From: Octopus sinensis
Lineage: Eukaryota
Assembly (NCBI RefSeq): GCF_006345805.1
Contig: NC_043002.1
Span: 89,404,001 to 89,468,000, forward strand
Length of the DNA stretch: 64,000 bases
Direction of reading: 5' to 3'
The translations under genes and the position numbers were made by a program. The first letter of the stretch is position 1. Every line of letters starts with the position of its first letter. Positions 36,101 to 49,500 of the stretch are shown here, piece by piece. The notes beneath the pieces are model-generated. The model searched no databases. It was not told the origin of the DNA and was given only the letters and a program-made list of their open reading frames with translations.

Positions 36101-38839
36101 TTTCTTCGTTTGTACCCAGATATGAATTAGCATTGCTCACAAAACATTTCTATATTATACAAGGTTTCCCCTCTTTTGCTGATAATAGTTATTCTTTATG
36201 GTGCTATGTAGTTAGTTGATCCAAGCCATTGAAAGTAAAATGTATTAATACAAACACATAACTATAATTTGGCAGTTGTTAGAGCATCAGATAGAATGTC
36301 TTGCAACGTTTGGTGCAGTTCTCTGTGCTCCAAGCTCAAATTCCGCTGAAATCAACTTGGTCTATAATCCTTTCAGAGGTTTATAATTAAAAAAGACCCC
36401 AAAATAGTGGATTCATAGATCTGTTAGAACATCAGATCTGATTCCTTGCAGTACTTGCTCCAGCTCTTTGTATTCTGTGTTCAAATCCTGTCATTTAATT
36501 TGTCACTCAGTTTTACACAACTATGAAGCACTTTAGTAAAGTCTACTTTGTTGCAAACATTTTGGATCAGATTTCTGGTTTGAGAATATCTTCCTCTCTT
36601 TTATTAATCTTGGAGCCCTGTAAAGTATCGTAGGAGTTACCTTTCCTGGCTAAAATATAAGGTCAGACAGTAAGTTTAGAATGCTAGAATTTTTTTGATT
36701 TCTTTATTTTTTGTGAAATTTATAATTTATGGAATTTTATTAAAACAAATACAAATTGTCATTAAAGGTTTTTGATGACTGGAATAAAGAAGAACTGAAT
36801 TCCTATTTGATTGAGATCACTCGAGACATTTTAAAGTACAAGGAAAATGGTGAATTTTTACTTGGAAACATCAGTGATGCTGCTGGTCAGGTAAAAGATT
36901 TCCATTTAATTTTTTTTTTTTATGATGATTTACATGGCTATGGTTGAGTTGATTTATTTAATATTGCAGTAGAGTACAGTAACTTGATCATCTACTCAAT
37001 ACTACTGTGCTTGAAATACTTATTTAATATCGTTGTTCATTAAATATCTGCTTGATATCATTGTACATTAAATATCTATATAATATCACCATACTCCAAA
37101 TATCTACAGTAAATCCTCGAGTATAGTCTGCCCTTGAGTATAATATGCAGGAGATTTTTAGGGGGCTGTACCTCTGAAAAACCTAAACCTTGTGTATAAT
37201 ACACACCCCTTCTCTAACTTGAGTCATGTGTAATTCAGCCAACAGCACCTGGTCGAACAAACACTTCTGTGTATGTGTAATACAATAATGGTGATGTTTT
37301 TAACTGTTATATAGGAATGTAAATATGTTTGCAAATTGTTTTTGTTACATGTTATTCTGTGTTCTGAATACTTTTATTTTAATAAATGTTGCTTACTGCA
37401 AGTTATGGATGATTATTTTATGACTTCATTGCTTTCAGGCTTAGCTTAAGGTATTTTTGCACCTGACATCACAAAATGTGTCTGAATAAACATTGCCGGA
37501 CAGCAAATAGACTCCGACATTGCTTAGAAAATATTTTTCATTTTTAACCTTGTATATAGTACGCACTAGGGATTTTGACCTTTAAATTTTGGGGGAAAAA
37601 ATGCGGATTATACTCAAGGATTTAAGGTACTCTACATAATTACCATCCACAATTATCAATTCTGTCATCACTTCTGTTATTGTTCTATGTATCACATAAA
37701 TTTATAAATTTGTATCTATTTTTGTCATGTACATCAGGTTTTTTTTTTTAATTATTTTGTAGAAAGGAACAGGAAAATGGACTGCAATATCTGCTCTGCA
37801 ATATGGAACTCCAGTTTCTTTGATTGGTAAGCATAATACATAGACAATTGTATTGTAAATCTGATTTCTAATCATGAGCGCCAACCAAAAACAAACGTAA
37901 CATAAACTGCAACATAGAAAACCAGCCAACTTTGCTGCATCTGTCATATGTTCTTGCTGCACTATATATGACTGGATACTCTTCCTGTCATCAACTACAT
38001 TATAGCATGGGCTGTCTCTTATCTTTTACTTGTTTCAATCATTGGACCAAGGCCATGCTGGGGCACTGCCTTGAAGTTTTAGCTGAAAAAATCAGCTTCC
38101 ATACATTTTTTTAAACCTGGTACTTATTCTATTAATCACTTTTGCCAAATCGCTAGGTTATGAGGAAGTAAACAAATCAACGCCAGTTGTCAAGCGGTGC
38201 TGGGAGTCAAACACAGCTGCAAAGATATTCACAATAAATAAATATATATATATATATATATATATGGTGCTATGTCTTTTTGCCCGATGTCACTTTGTCA
38301 AATGTTTTTTGTCTGATGATTTTTTTGTACAATGAAAAATCTTGTCAATAAAATTCTCATTGATTATTTGATTTTGATGTTCACCTTGTTTTCTAAAAAG
38401 TTTATTTAAAATTGGTCAGAAAATCATGAGACAAAAAGACGAGGACAAAGTGACATTGGATGAAAAGTCAGGTCATATCTCTATATATATATATAAACGG
38501 CAAAATGTCTGTCTGTGTGTGCGTATCCTTTATACAAAACCACAATTTAGAGGGCTCGCACTTTCTATGGTCATTCTAAACCATCCAAGGGTGGTCGTGC
38601 ACATCTTTACATTTCCCCAGTCACCCTGCAAAGCCATAAAAAAATCAATAGAAGTGACTTTTTTATGAATTTTCTATCCAAAACCCAATCAAAATGCCTG
38701 AAACTTGATACGCCAATTGAATGCCAGCTAGCTGTATGTGATTGGTTGGAGATTTGGACAGTACTCGCGTGTATGTGTGCACACAGCTGTATATGCATGC
38801 ACTAGCACTATGACCCGGCGTTTCTGGGTCATAGTGCTA

Positions 38840-38892
<53 letters not shown>

Positions 38893-41800
38893 ATCCAAAC
38901 ATGAAAACACAAAGAGAAAACACAACAACACGAGGACGTGGAACAAGTATAGTATTATTGGACGCTCAGGAAAGAAGGAAAGAAAGAGGGTTTAACATTT
39001 CGAGCAGAGCTCTTCGCCAGAAACATAGGAAAAGGAAAGACCCAAAGAAGGGAAGACGGAGGGGAAAAAATCACCAACGGTACACTCGCGGTCACATTTT
39101 GAATATATATATGTGATGGGCTTCTTTCAATTCCTGTCCACCAAATCCATTCACAAAACTTTGCCCAGCCTGAAGCTATAGTAGAAGACTCTCATCCAAC
39201 AGGCCACACTGGGGGACTGTGTGGCTAGGAAGCAAACTTCTTACTACACGGCATGCTTGTGCCTATATGTATATTTTCATGCCACTGCTCTAGAGAGGGT
39301 ATCTGCAGTGTGGTTAAAGAGTCCTCTCTACTCTGTATTAGTATTTTTATTCAGAGTGGCTGTCCTCTCAGACAAGTTGTCTGTGCTGAGGCTTACGGAG
39401 TTCATACCTCTTCTCTCTTCAATGTGGCTTCTACAATTAATATGAAGAATGCCTTTCCTGTCACCAACCATGTCACTGCATGATCTGGTTACACTCCACC
39501 TTGTCTGACTAAGCTCCCTTATGGAAAGGATGATTTTTTTTCTTGTGGTAGTCTAAGGCTATCTTCATAGCAGTAGGTAGGAGCTGCAGTATTAAGGTAC
39601 CAAGAGGTAATCATTATGGAGCCTAATGGTTGCTGAACTAATATTGACAGAATAAGTGGTGGGAATGAAGAGAGGAATACAAACTATATGGTCAAACATG
39701 CATCACCATCTCCTGTCTGCTTGAATATGCATACATTGCAAAATTGTAAGTGAGAGAGTGGGGAGGAAGATGATAATGATTTTTTTTAGGGAAGGGAGAT
39801 AATCAATTACTGCGATCATTGATCCCTGCCCCCATCTAGTATTCAGCTGATACTTATTTTATCAAACCCAAAAGGATGAAAGGCAAAGTTAACCATATCA
39901 GGATCTGAACTCAGACCAAGAATAGTAAGAAGAAATGCCACTAAACGTTTTTTATTTATTTATTTGTTTACATGCTAACCATTCTGCCTGTTTGCTGTCT
40001 TAATAAAAATAATAATAACAAGAGCATTCAGAGAGCACAAACCTCTGTCAAGCCAACATCAATATCCTCTCAACAATTAACCAGAGATGAATTTTAAAAT
40101 GATAATATCTGAAATAAACTCTACTGCTCTCACAAATGAGAATATTAAAAATGAATCTAACTGCTCTCAAAGATTAAGTAAAAAAAACTGGAAAAATAAT
40201 CTAGAATCCTTGTTCAGTACCTGATCGATCCCAATGGTGGTCATGGAATCTGAAGGAGGCTGTGGAAAATTTAGTAACAGTAATAAATAGTTTATCCTTA
40301 TTTAATACAAGCCAAAGTTAACAAATTCACCATTCAAAATAGTTACAGCCTAAAAGGAGATAATTGAGAAAGACTTCAAAGTTAATATACGATCGTAATC
40401 ATGTAAAGTAAATGTAACAAAAAATAATCCAGAATCCTTGTCCAATACCGGATTGATCCCCAAATCTAATCAGTTTGTGTCAGTCACGAGGCCAAACATC
40501 CTTGAAAGTTTCATATAAATCCATCCTGTGGTTCTTGAGATATCTTGTCAATGGACAAACAAACGCAACTGAAAACAATGACTCCACCTTTGCTAAGGTG
40601 GAGGTAATAGCACAATTTTTTGCTACTAAGGAGCATATAATTCTGTTATTATTAAGGTGGTGAGTTGGCAGAATCGTTAGCATGCTGGACAAAATGCTTA
40701 GAAGCATTTTGTTCTGAGTTCAAATTCCACTGAGGTTAACTTTAACTTTCATCCTTTCAGGGTTGATAAATTAAATACCAGTGAAACACTGAGGTTGATG
40801 TAATTGTCTGGTCCCCTCCCACAAAATTCCAGGCCTTGTGCTTTTAGTAGAAAGGATTATTATTAATATTATTGTGGTGAACAGAATCTTTACTCCAGAC
40901 AAAATGCTTAGTGGCATTTCGTCTGTCTTTATGTTCTGAGTTCAAATTCCACTAAGGTTAACTTTGCCTTTTGTCCCTTTTGGGGTTGATAAAATAAGTA
41001 GCAGTTGATGTCTGGGGTCAGTGTTATTAGCTTACTCCATCCCCTTGAACTTGCTGGCCTTGTGCCAAAATTTGAAACCATTATTATTATTACTATTAAG
41101 GTGGCAAGCTGCCAGAATTGTTAGCATGCCTGGTGAAATGCTTAGCGGCATTTCGTCCATCTTTACCTTCTGAGTTCAAATTCCGCTGAAGTCAAATTTG
41201 TCTTTCTTTCGGAGTCGATAAAATGAGTACCAGTTGAATACTGGGGTTGATGGTAATCAACTTACTGTCTTTACCAAACTTGCTGGCCTCGTGCCAAAAT
41301 TCGAAATTATTATTATTTGAGGTTGAATTTTTGAATGTTTCAAAAAAACATTTTGCAGGAGAGGCTGTTTTTGCTCGGTGTCTTTCTGCATTGCAATCTG
41401 AGAGAGTGGAAGCTAGCAAGTTGCTAAGTGGTCCTAAAGCATCAAAGTTTACAGGTGATAAAAAGAAGTTTATTACTGATATAAAACTGGTAAGTTATTT
41501 TGGCTTTGTATTGCTGTTTATTTTACAAGTCTTTTTATTTATTTTTTTTATATTGATAAATCTGTATGGTAGATCTTAAGAATTGATTTATTTCTGCTCA
41601 TCCTACCCTCACTTACTGAAAAGTTCTTGGCTTTAAAAGTAGCACAACAAATTTGGTTGGAGGCCCAACCTTCCAAGTTCTTTTACAGGGCTTAGAAAAA
41701 CTGAAGGACTGCTGCAATAAGTATGTGAATCTGAGAGGGGAATATCTATATATATAAAACTGTAGTTGTGTGAGTGTCTGTCCCCTTCGATTTAGATTCC

Positions 41801-44800
41801 TAACTCCTCCCACATTTTGCGGTGCAGTTTAACCAAATTCGGGTATCTTATAGTCGTGATTAATATCGAGCCCGTCTGGTTATTAGCGCGCGTCTACGAT
41901 GAGTCTATGATTTTAAAAATAATTTAACATCATTTTTTATTCCATTTTAATGCATAATTTTTCGTGTGTCGATGGCGGCGGAGTTGGCATCCATGCTCAA
42001 ACACCTGCACCTGTGTTTGCTTCTCCCCCTTCTTCCCTCCCTCGTGAAGCTATGGGGAAGGGAGTTTAAGGAAATCAACGTCGTAATGCGTTGTCAAGGA
42101 GACCAGCGTTCTTTTAGAACAACAACTTCATGACTTGAAGACACCAAAACAGAAATGGCTAAGAAAGCCCGAATTGGCATCTATAAGGGAAGTAACTCTC
42201 TAAAAATGCTTATATAGTTATTTCCCTTACAAACCCGAGCAACGCCGGGCGATACTGCTAGTGTTTAATAAAATCATAATTAATGGATCCTTTTGCATTT
42301 TCTTTTACCCAAAGCCAGAAACTTTCCAACACCCCTTAATATTAACTGATGGTAACATGAAGTATACATCATTTATTATGAAATGTTCAGATGAACAGTA
42401 ATTTTTTTTTCCTTAGATATATATAAAAAAAACACCTATAATCGCACATACAAATAGTTAAGATTCTAAATTAAAACTTTCTCTTGTTATAAGGCTCTTT
42501 TTAGTCAATGTTGGCATTGTATCTGCATTTGCATACACAAGTCTGGGCAACGTTTGTTTGTGGAAGACTGAAAGTTACCCATGCATGCAAATTTCCCTTT
42601 TTCACACAACATTGTCCAAAAGAGAGCTCCCCCATCCTTACACACATAACCTTAGGGCCAATACAGCTTAGAACCAGTGCTCTCATAGGCTTCCCACCAA
42701 AAGTGCAAAGAGCTAGAACAGATACTGTCAGATGTTTCTTCTGATGCTCTAACAGTTCTACCAATCCACTTTTCTGGATTTGTACCTGTTTATTGACCCC
42801 CCCCCCCCCCAAAAAAAAGAATGGCAGGCAAAGTTAACATGGCAGGATTTGAATACAGAACACAAAAATCCAAAGCAATTTACCAGGATGCATTCTATTC
42901 AATGTCCTTAACGACTCTGTCAATTCTTTGCATTTCTCTAAAACTTCCCCTGAAGTTTTAGTTTTATAACCTACTGTTTGACTTTCTTGTCAGTGTAGGA
43001 AGGTGACTAGGTGTTCCACTTGACAAACATTGCACTGATAGTATTAATACACACATTACATTGCTGATATGATACTATATTTAACTGCTGATAACAATAA
43101 TATTTCTCTTATCTTAAACTGATTGGCTACATAAATTAGCTATGGATTCTTGTTTAACTGAACATAGTACTTTCAATCACAAACTTGGATCTTCTTTTCA
43201 TTCTTGGATTGGAATTAAACTTTTGTTACCTGCTTTGTATTTTAGCTACTTCTATTTGTAAAATATAAAATTATAATTGAAGGGATAAAAATCTAATATT
43301 GAACTAAATAATTATAGTTTATAGGAGACCCTATGTTATATGTAAGTATAGCAATTTGACCATAATGATTGCTGCAAGCAATCTACGTGGTTCAGAAGTT
43401 TGTTTCTGCTTTCAATTTCATTGCACAAAACAAGTAAATATCTTCTATTATAGCCTCAAGTTGACCTGAGCCCTGTGAGGCAAATTTGGTAGATAAAAAC
43501 TGTATGGAAGCCCAGTAGCAGGTCTGTTCTTATCTTTGGGTGGTAGACTTAATCCATCATTCAGTTTAATACAACTTAGTCCTTGGGTACCTTTAGCAGG
43601 ATCTACTTTGTTTAGGTATTTGAACTACATCTCTTAATTTGAGGATATTAAGTTCTTAAATTCCTCACCATTAAAAGAGTCATGGATGCAACCCTTTTCT
43701 CTTGTGACTGTCATAAAAAATTATGATAGTCATTTCAAATATTGACTGTTTTTGAACTTTGACCTGGCTCTCAGTATGTTTGTGATTTTAATACGCTTGA
43801 TTGTTCATTGGTCAATAAACATAAATCAATATTTGTATGAAATGATAGTTCAACATTTGAATTGTTTTTTGCATATCTGTTCTACAACTCTTGGTTAATA
43901 CTGTCCTTACTTCAAAGAAACTGAATAAATATTAGTTGAGGTTTAGAAAACTGATCCCAAAATAAAAGTGACAACTAGAGAGAGGAATCATCATCATCAT
44001 CGTTTAGCGTCCGCTTTCCATGCTAGCATGGGTTGGACGGTTCAACTGGGGTCTAGGAAGCCAAAAGGCTGCACCAGGCCCAGTCTGATCTGGCAGTGTT
44101 TCTACAGCTGGTTGCCCTTCTTAACGCCAACCACTCTGTGAGTGTAGTGGGTGCTTTTTACGTGCCAGACGAGGCTGGCGAACGGCCACGATCGGATGGT
44201 GCTTTTTACGTGCCATAATTAGGTAAAAATATTTCTGTAAAAGGGAATATGACATTCCATATTCATATATGATCTAAATTGTTACCATAAATCAAATAAA
44301 TGATTAGGAAAAACAAATGCTACTGTACAGTTTTTGGAAGTTTTGTTTTATTTTTTAAAAGTGCTTTGTTTATTATTCAAATATTGTTGTGTATAACCTT
44401 TGAGATATGCACATTTATTTTATACTTGAAATTTTCTCTGGTTTGCAGGCATTATATGCATCCAAAATTGTATCATATGCTCAAGGATTCATGCTAATGC
44501 GGGAAGCTGCCAAGAGTCTTGGTTGGAATCTAAATTATGGATCGATTGCACTTATGTGGAGAGGTGGCTGCATTATTCGTAGGTAAATAAATACCCACCT
44601 TTTCTATCTCTGGGTTATATCTAACTGCTTATTATGTATTAGTTACAGATATTAAATATTTTTTTTTTTTTTAGAATAAGCTCCAAATACATATACAAAA
44701 TGATATATACTGATCTTTAGGAACTGAATTTGAAAATAAAAGTTAAAGTCCTACACAAATATTAATGTGGGCATATTTAGTCTAGCTGTAAATCTTGTTT

Positions 44801-46469
44801 TGTGGCTAATTGCCCCCCTAGCCAAAGAGCAAACATATAGTCAACAGTTACAGGATTGTAATTTCACTTGTTGGATTCTTTATAATATTAATAAAGTTAC
44901 AAACTCCCTTTCTTTATTCAGTACCCAATTCATTCAACCATATTATTTCTACTACTATCTAAATACTAAATGTGTTACAGGACCAAATAAAATAGGTTTA
45001 TTATGTTTAATGAATACTGATGAGAAAACTAGTTAAGTTTTTTTAATTTTTTTATTATAAGCACAGGAGTGGCTGTGTGCTAAGTAGCTTGCTTACCAAC
45101 CACATGGTTCAAGGTTCAGTCCCACTGCATGGCACCTTGGGCAAGTGTCTTCTACTATAGCCTCGGGCCGACCAAAGCCTTGTGAGTGAATTTGGTAGAC
45201 AGAAACTGAAAGAAGCCCGTCGTATATATGTATATATATATATGTATGTGTGTGTTTGTATGTCTGTGTTTGTCCCCCCAACATCGCTTGATAACCGATG
45301 CTGGTGTGTTTACATCCCCGTAACTTAGCGGTTCAGCAAAAGGGACCAATAGAATAAGTACTGGGCTTACAAAGAATAAGTCCTGGGGTCGATTTGCTCA
45401 ACTAAAGGCGGTGCTCCAGCATGGCTACAGTCACATGACTGAAACAAGTAAAAGAGAGTAAAGAGTATTCTACTTGTAATATAATTTCCTTGCTGATAAA
45501 ATGAATTATCTTGCTTTCATTTTGTACTACTTCAAACGCATATGTCTACATTTCATTTAGCCCCAGTCTAATATATTTATGTTCCATTGGCGATTCATTG
45601 AATTCTTGGACAAGAAATGAAATCCTGTTGTGCAATCTGTTATTATTCCCATGGAAAATTGCAATCTATCTATTTGATAGCATTTTCTATTCTGAATGTG
45701 CAGAGTGTCAGCTGACAGACAAGATAGATAAAGTATACTGAACATCTGGTTGAAATATACATTGTGGGGTTGCACTTCATGTACTGAGTGTAGTTACTTG
45801 TTCAGCAGCAAATATGTTACAACTGGAAAGTAAACACTAATTGGAGAGTGTTAAGCAATGCTTAAAACATGATGGTAAAATGTTAGATATGATAATAGAT
45901 AAATCAAAAATGCATTGTAAAGCTTCAAACCATTCTAAATCTATTACATGATCTCTTTACAAAGTACACTGCTTCACTTGTATTTCAATTTATTTGCATC
46001 AGTTTCACTGGCTGACAGAATGTACTCTTCTGACTTCATATTGCTATTACACATCCAGACATCTTGACTGCATCTCCATAAAAAGTGCCTTGACTGATTG
46101 GCATGAAGTCACCTGCATGCTCTAACTTCTGGTTTACAGATGTGCTATCTTCACCCAACCCACTTTTCATCAACATTGTCATCCCATTCCATAACCCTGC
46201 TCTTTCCTTCCAGAATGTCAGCCCTCTTGGATTCCCTTCCTATCACTATCAACTAAAAGTTCTTTTAATGTATTTAATATCTAATTTCTCTTAAATATTT
46301 AATAGGTGCAGGAGTGACTGTGTGGTAAGTAGCTTGCTTACCAACCACATGGTTCCGGGTTCAGTCCCACTGCGTGGCACCTTGGGCAAGTGTCTTCTAC
46401 AATAGCTTCAGGCCGCCGACCAAAGCCTTGTGAGCGGATTTGGTAGACGGAAACTGAAAGAAGCCCGTC

Positions 46470-46533
<64 letters not shown>

Positions 46534-49500
46534 TTGTCCACCCCCAGCATCGTTTGACAACCAATGCTGGTGTGTTTACGTCCCCGTAACTTAGCGGTTC
46601 GGCAAAAAGAGACTGATAGAATAAGTACTAGGCTTACAAAGAATAAGTCCTGGGGTCGATGTGTTCAACTAGAGGCGGTGCTCCAGCATGGCTGCAGTCA
46701 AATGACTGAAGCAAGTAAAAGAGTAGGAAAATTAAGTGGGCTCATGAGAGTCATGGACACAGCCAACTACGTCTACATCAATCTAATACAAAAATAAACT
46801 ATTATAATTTACAGTAGTTTACGTCAGCAACATTTCAAAAGCTTTCATTTACATATGGTGGGGTGAAAAAATCATGTAAAACAATGTCAAAACTTAAAAT
46901 ATTAATCACCAGAAGTTAACCTGAAAATAAAACTACAGTTAAATTATATTTGTATAGTGAACTATATTATCAATAAAAATCATTATTTTAAAATTGTTGT
47001 TATAAAATTAAAACTGCATGAATAATCAATTAGCTGTGAAGTGAAAAAGATTTTTCAATGAGTTAGAAATGGAGAAACATGCAATATTTGTAAAATGGAT
47101 TTTAAAAACTAGATGATTAGTTGAGCAAATGAAAAGCTGTAATATTTAAGTTCAACTCTTGAATACAATCAGGTCAGTTTTTTAGTGTTTTCATATCATT
47201 GTGTAAATTTATTAACTATAAAAATCGTTTTGAATAATTGAATTAATATTTCTTTTACTACTTACCAAACTTGAGTTATCTATATTTATAAATTAATTTT
47301 TTTTTATTTGAAACATTGTTAGAAGTAGAGGTTAAAAAAAGAACCTTAATAACCATAAAACATGTCCCTTTTCATTTGTAGTGTTTTCCTTGGAAATATT
47401 AAAGATGCTTTTGATAAAAACCCAAAACTTAAAAGTTTACTGTTAGATGATTTCTTCAAATCAGCTATTTCCAAATGTCAGGTAAGAAAATAATTTGTGA
47501 ATTAATAAAAAATATTACAGTATTGTCTCTGTAATCAAGAGGTTAGATGTGCAGGATAAGCTAGCATCACTTTGGTGCAACTCCATGGATTGTTCTGCTG
47601 TCTCCCTAGAACAGTAGAACAGTCATGCCAGAGACCCAATTGCATTTTCATCTTCATTCATAGCTACCATTAATTGCACAGTATGAAATGCTACATTCCA
47701 ACATACTATTCTATGCGTGTCGATACCTCTATCTCCCTCATCATCATCATCATCATCATCGTTTAATGTCCGCTTTCCATGCTAGCATGGGTTGGACGTA
47801 TGACTGAGGGCTGGCGAACCAGATGGCTGCACCAGGCTTGAATCTTGATCTGGCAGAGTTTCTACAGCTGGATGCCCTTCCTAACGCCAACCACTCCGAG
47901 AGTGTAGTGGGTGCCTTTACGTGCCCCCCGGCACGGGGCCTGTCAGGCAGCACTGGCAACGACCTCGCTCGAATCTTTTACACATGCCACCAGCGCAGGT
48001 GCCAGTAAGGCGATGCTGGTAACGATCATGCTCGAATGGTGTTTTTTTTTGCCACCGGCACAGAGGCCGGATAGCCGCTCTGGCAACGATCTCGTTCGGA
48101 TGGTGCTCTTAATACCCTACTAGCATGGGGCTCGAGTGCCAGTAGTGCGACGCTGGTAACGATCACAACATATATATATATCTATATATATATATATATT
48201 TATTTATATACACACACACACACACAAATCCACTTAGTATAGTACATTCTATGTAGTGGTTGCTAATAGGAAGGACATTCAGCTGAAGAAACCAAGCCAG
48301 AAATGGAACGTATGAGTAAGACATTGTTCTCTGACCCATCAGAGGGCAGTAACTCTATATAAGAGCTGAGTCCACATTGTGATGACTTGCCCGTCCACCA
48401 TACCAGCATGGCAAGCCAACAGAAAATGATTTGTGTTCGCGCGTGTGCATATGTATAAGTACTCTTTCTTTTTTTTAAATCAGCATCTCCAAAATTCTTT
48501 CTTTGGTAATTTACCTGCTACCTGCTTCTCTTTGCTGTTGCTACTAGTGATATCAAAACTTGCATTTTCTTTTCTTATTTTTTTCTTTGTAAAGCTGTTT
48601 GGTTCGTATCTCATAATGCAAAAACCATATTTAGGAACTAAACTTTATTCTATCTTCTATTTCTGATGAACATTATGCATTCCTGCAACATATAGTTTTA
48701 TAAATATTTATCTTTTTGTTAATTTATATCAATAATTGCCTTCCTATTAATTTTTTTTTTTTAAATAGCACATAGGCATAGGTGTAATATTAAGAAGTTT
48801 ACTTCAAGCCACTAGGTATTGAGTTCAATCCCACTGCATGACCCTCTGTTGACCAAAGTCAGTGCATTTGGTTGACAAAAATTAGAAGCCCACTTATATA
48901 TATGGATGAGGAGTTGTGTTTACAGTCAGGCTTCTCTTTCTCCTTAGATCACCACTAGAACACTTTCATCTCTCTCTCTCTCTCCTACTTTAATACATTT
49001 GTAGAAAAGATGTCTCTTATAATGATATCAGAGTGAAGTAGGTTTAATGAAGTGAACTATATCATTACCTCATATAAAACTGGTATAGTGTAGAGAAGAC
49101 TTGGAAGAGAATTACTCTGATATTGGCATGGTCTGACAACAGTTAAGTCAGCAGTAATAAGGGCCTCCAGTCTTACACAAACAAAACAATTATTCAAACA
49201 CTGGACTGTTCAGGATTAATTTTCAGATGTATTGATTTATCAAAACCATGCTACATAGGGAAAACAGATGTAATTTTAATGATAATAAGAGTCCTTTCTA
49301 CTAAAGGCACAAGGCCTGAAATTTGCAGGGAGGAGACTAGTCTATTACATCAACCCTACTGTTTCGCTGGTACTTAATTTATTGACTCCGAAAGGATGAG
49401 ATGACCTTGGTGGAATTTGAACTCAGAGCATAGCGACCGGTGAAATACCACTAAGCATTTTGTCCAGCATGCTAATGATTCTGCCAGCTTACCACCTTTC

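Noticed and set aside
41247-41579. 110-aa ORF as a standalone gene
   Set aside because: Only 41359-41489 is homologous to PGD; the flanks are SINE and intron read-through
47940-48166. CRISPR-like array from recurring GGTAACGATCA(C/T)GCTCGAA units
   Set aside because: The spacers are themselves homologous, and the block recurs in dispersed copies of a LINE-tail repeat in a eukaryotic intron; no cas genes
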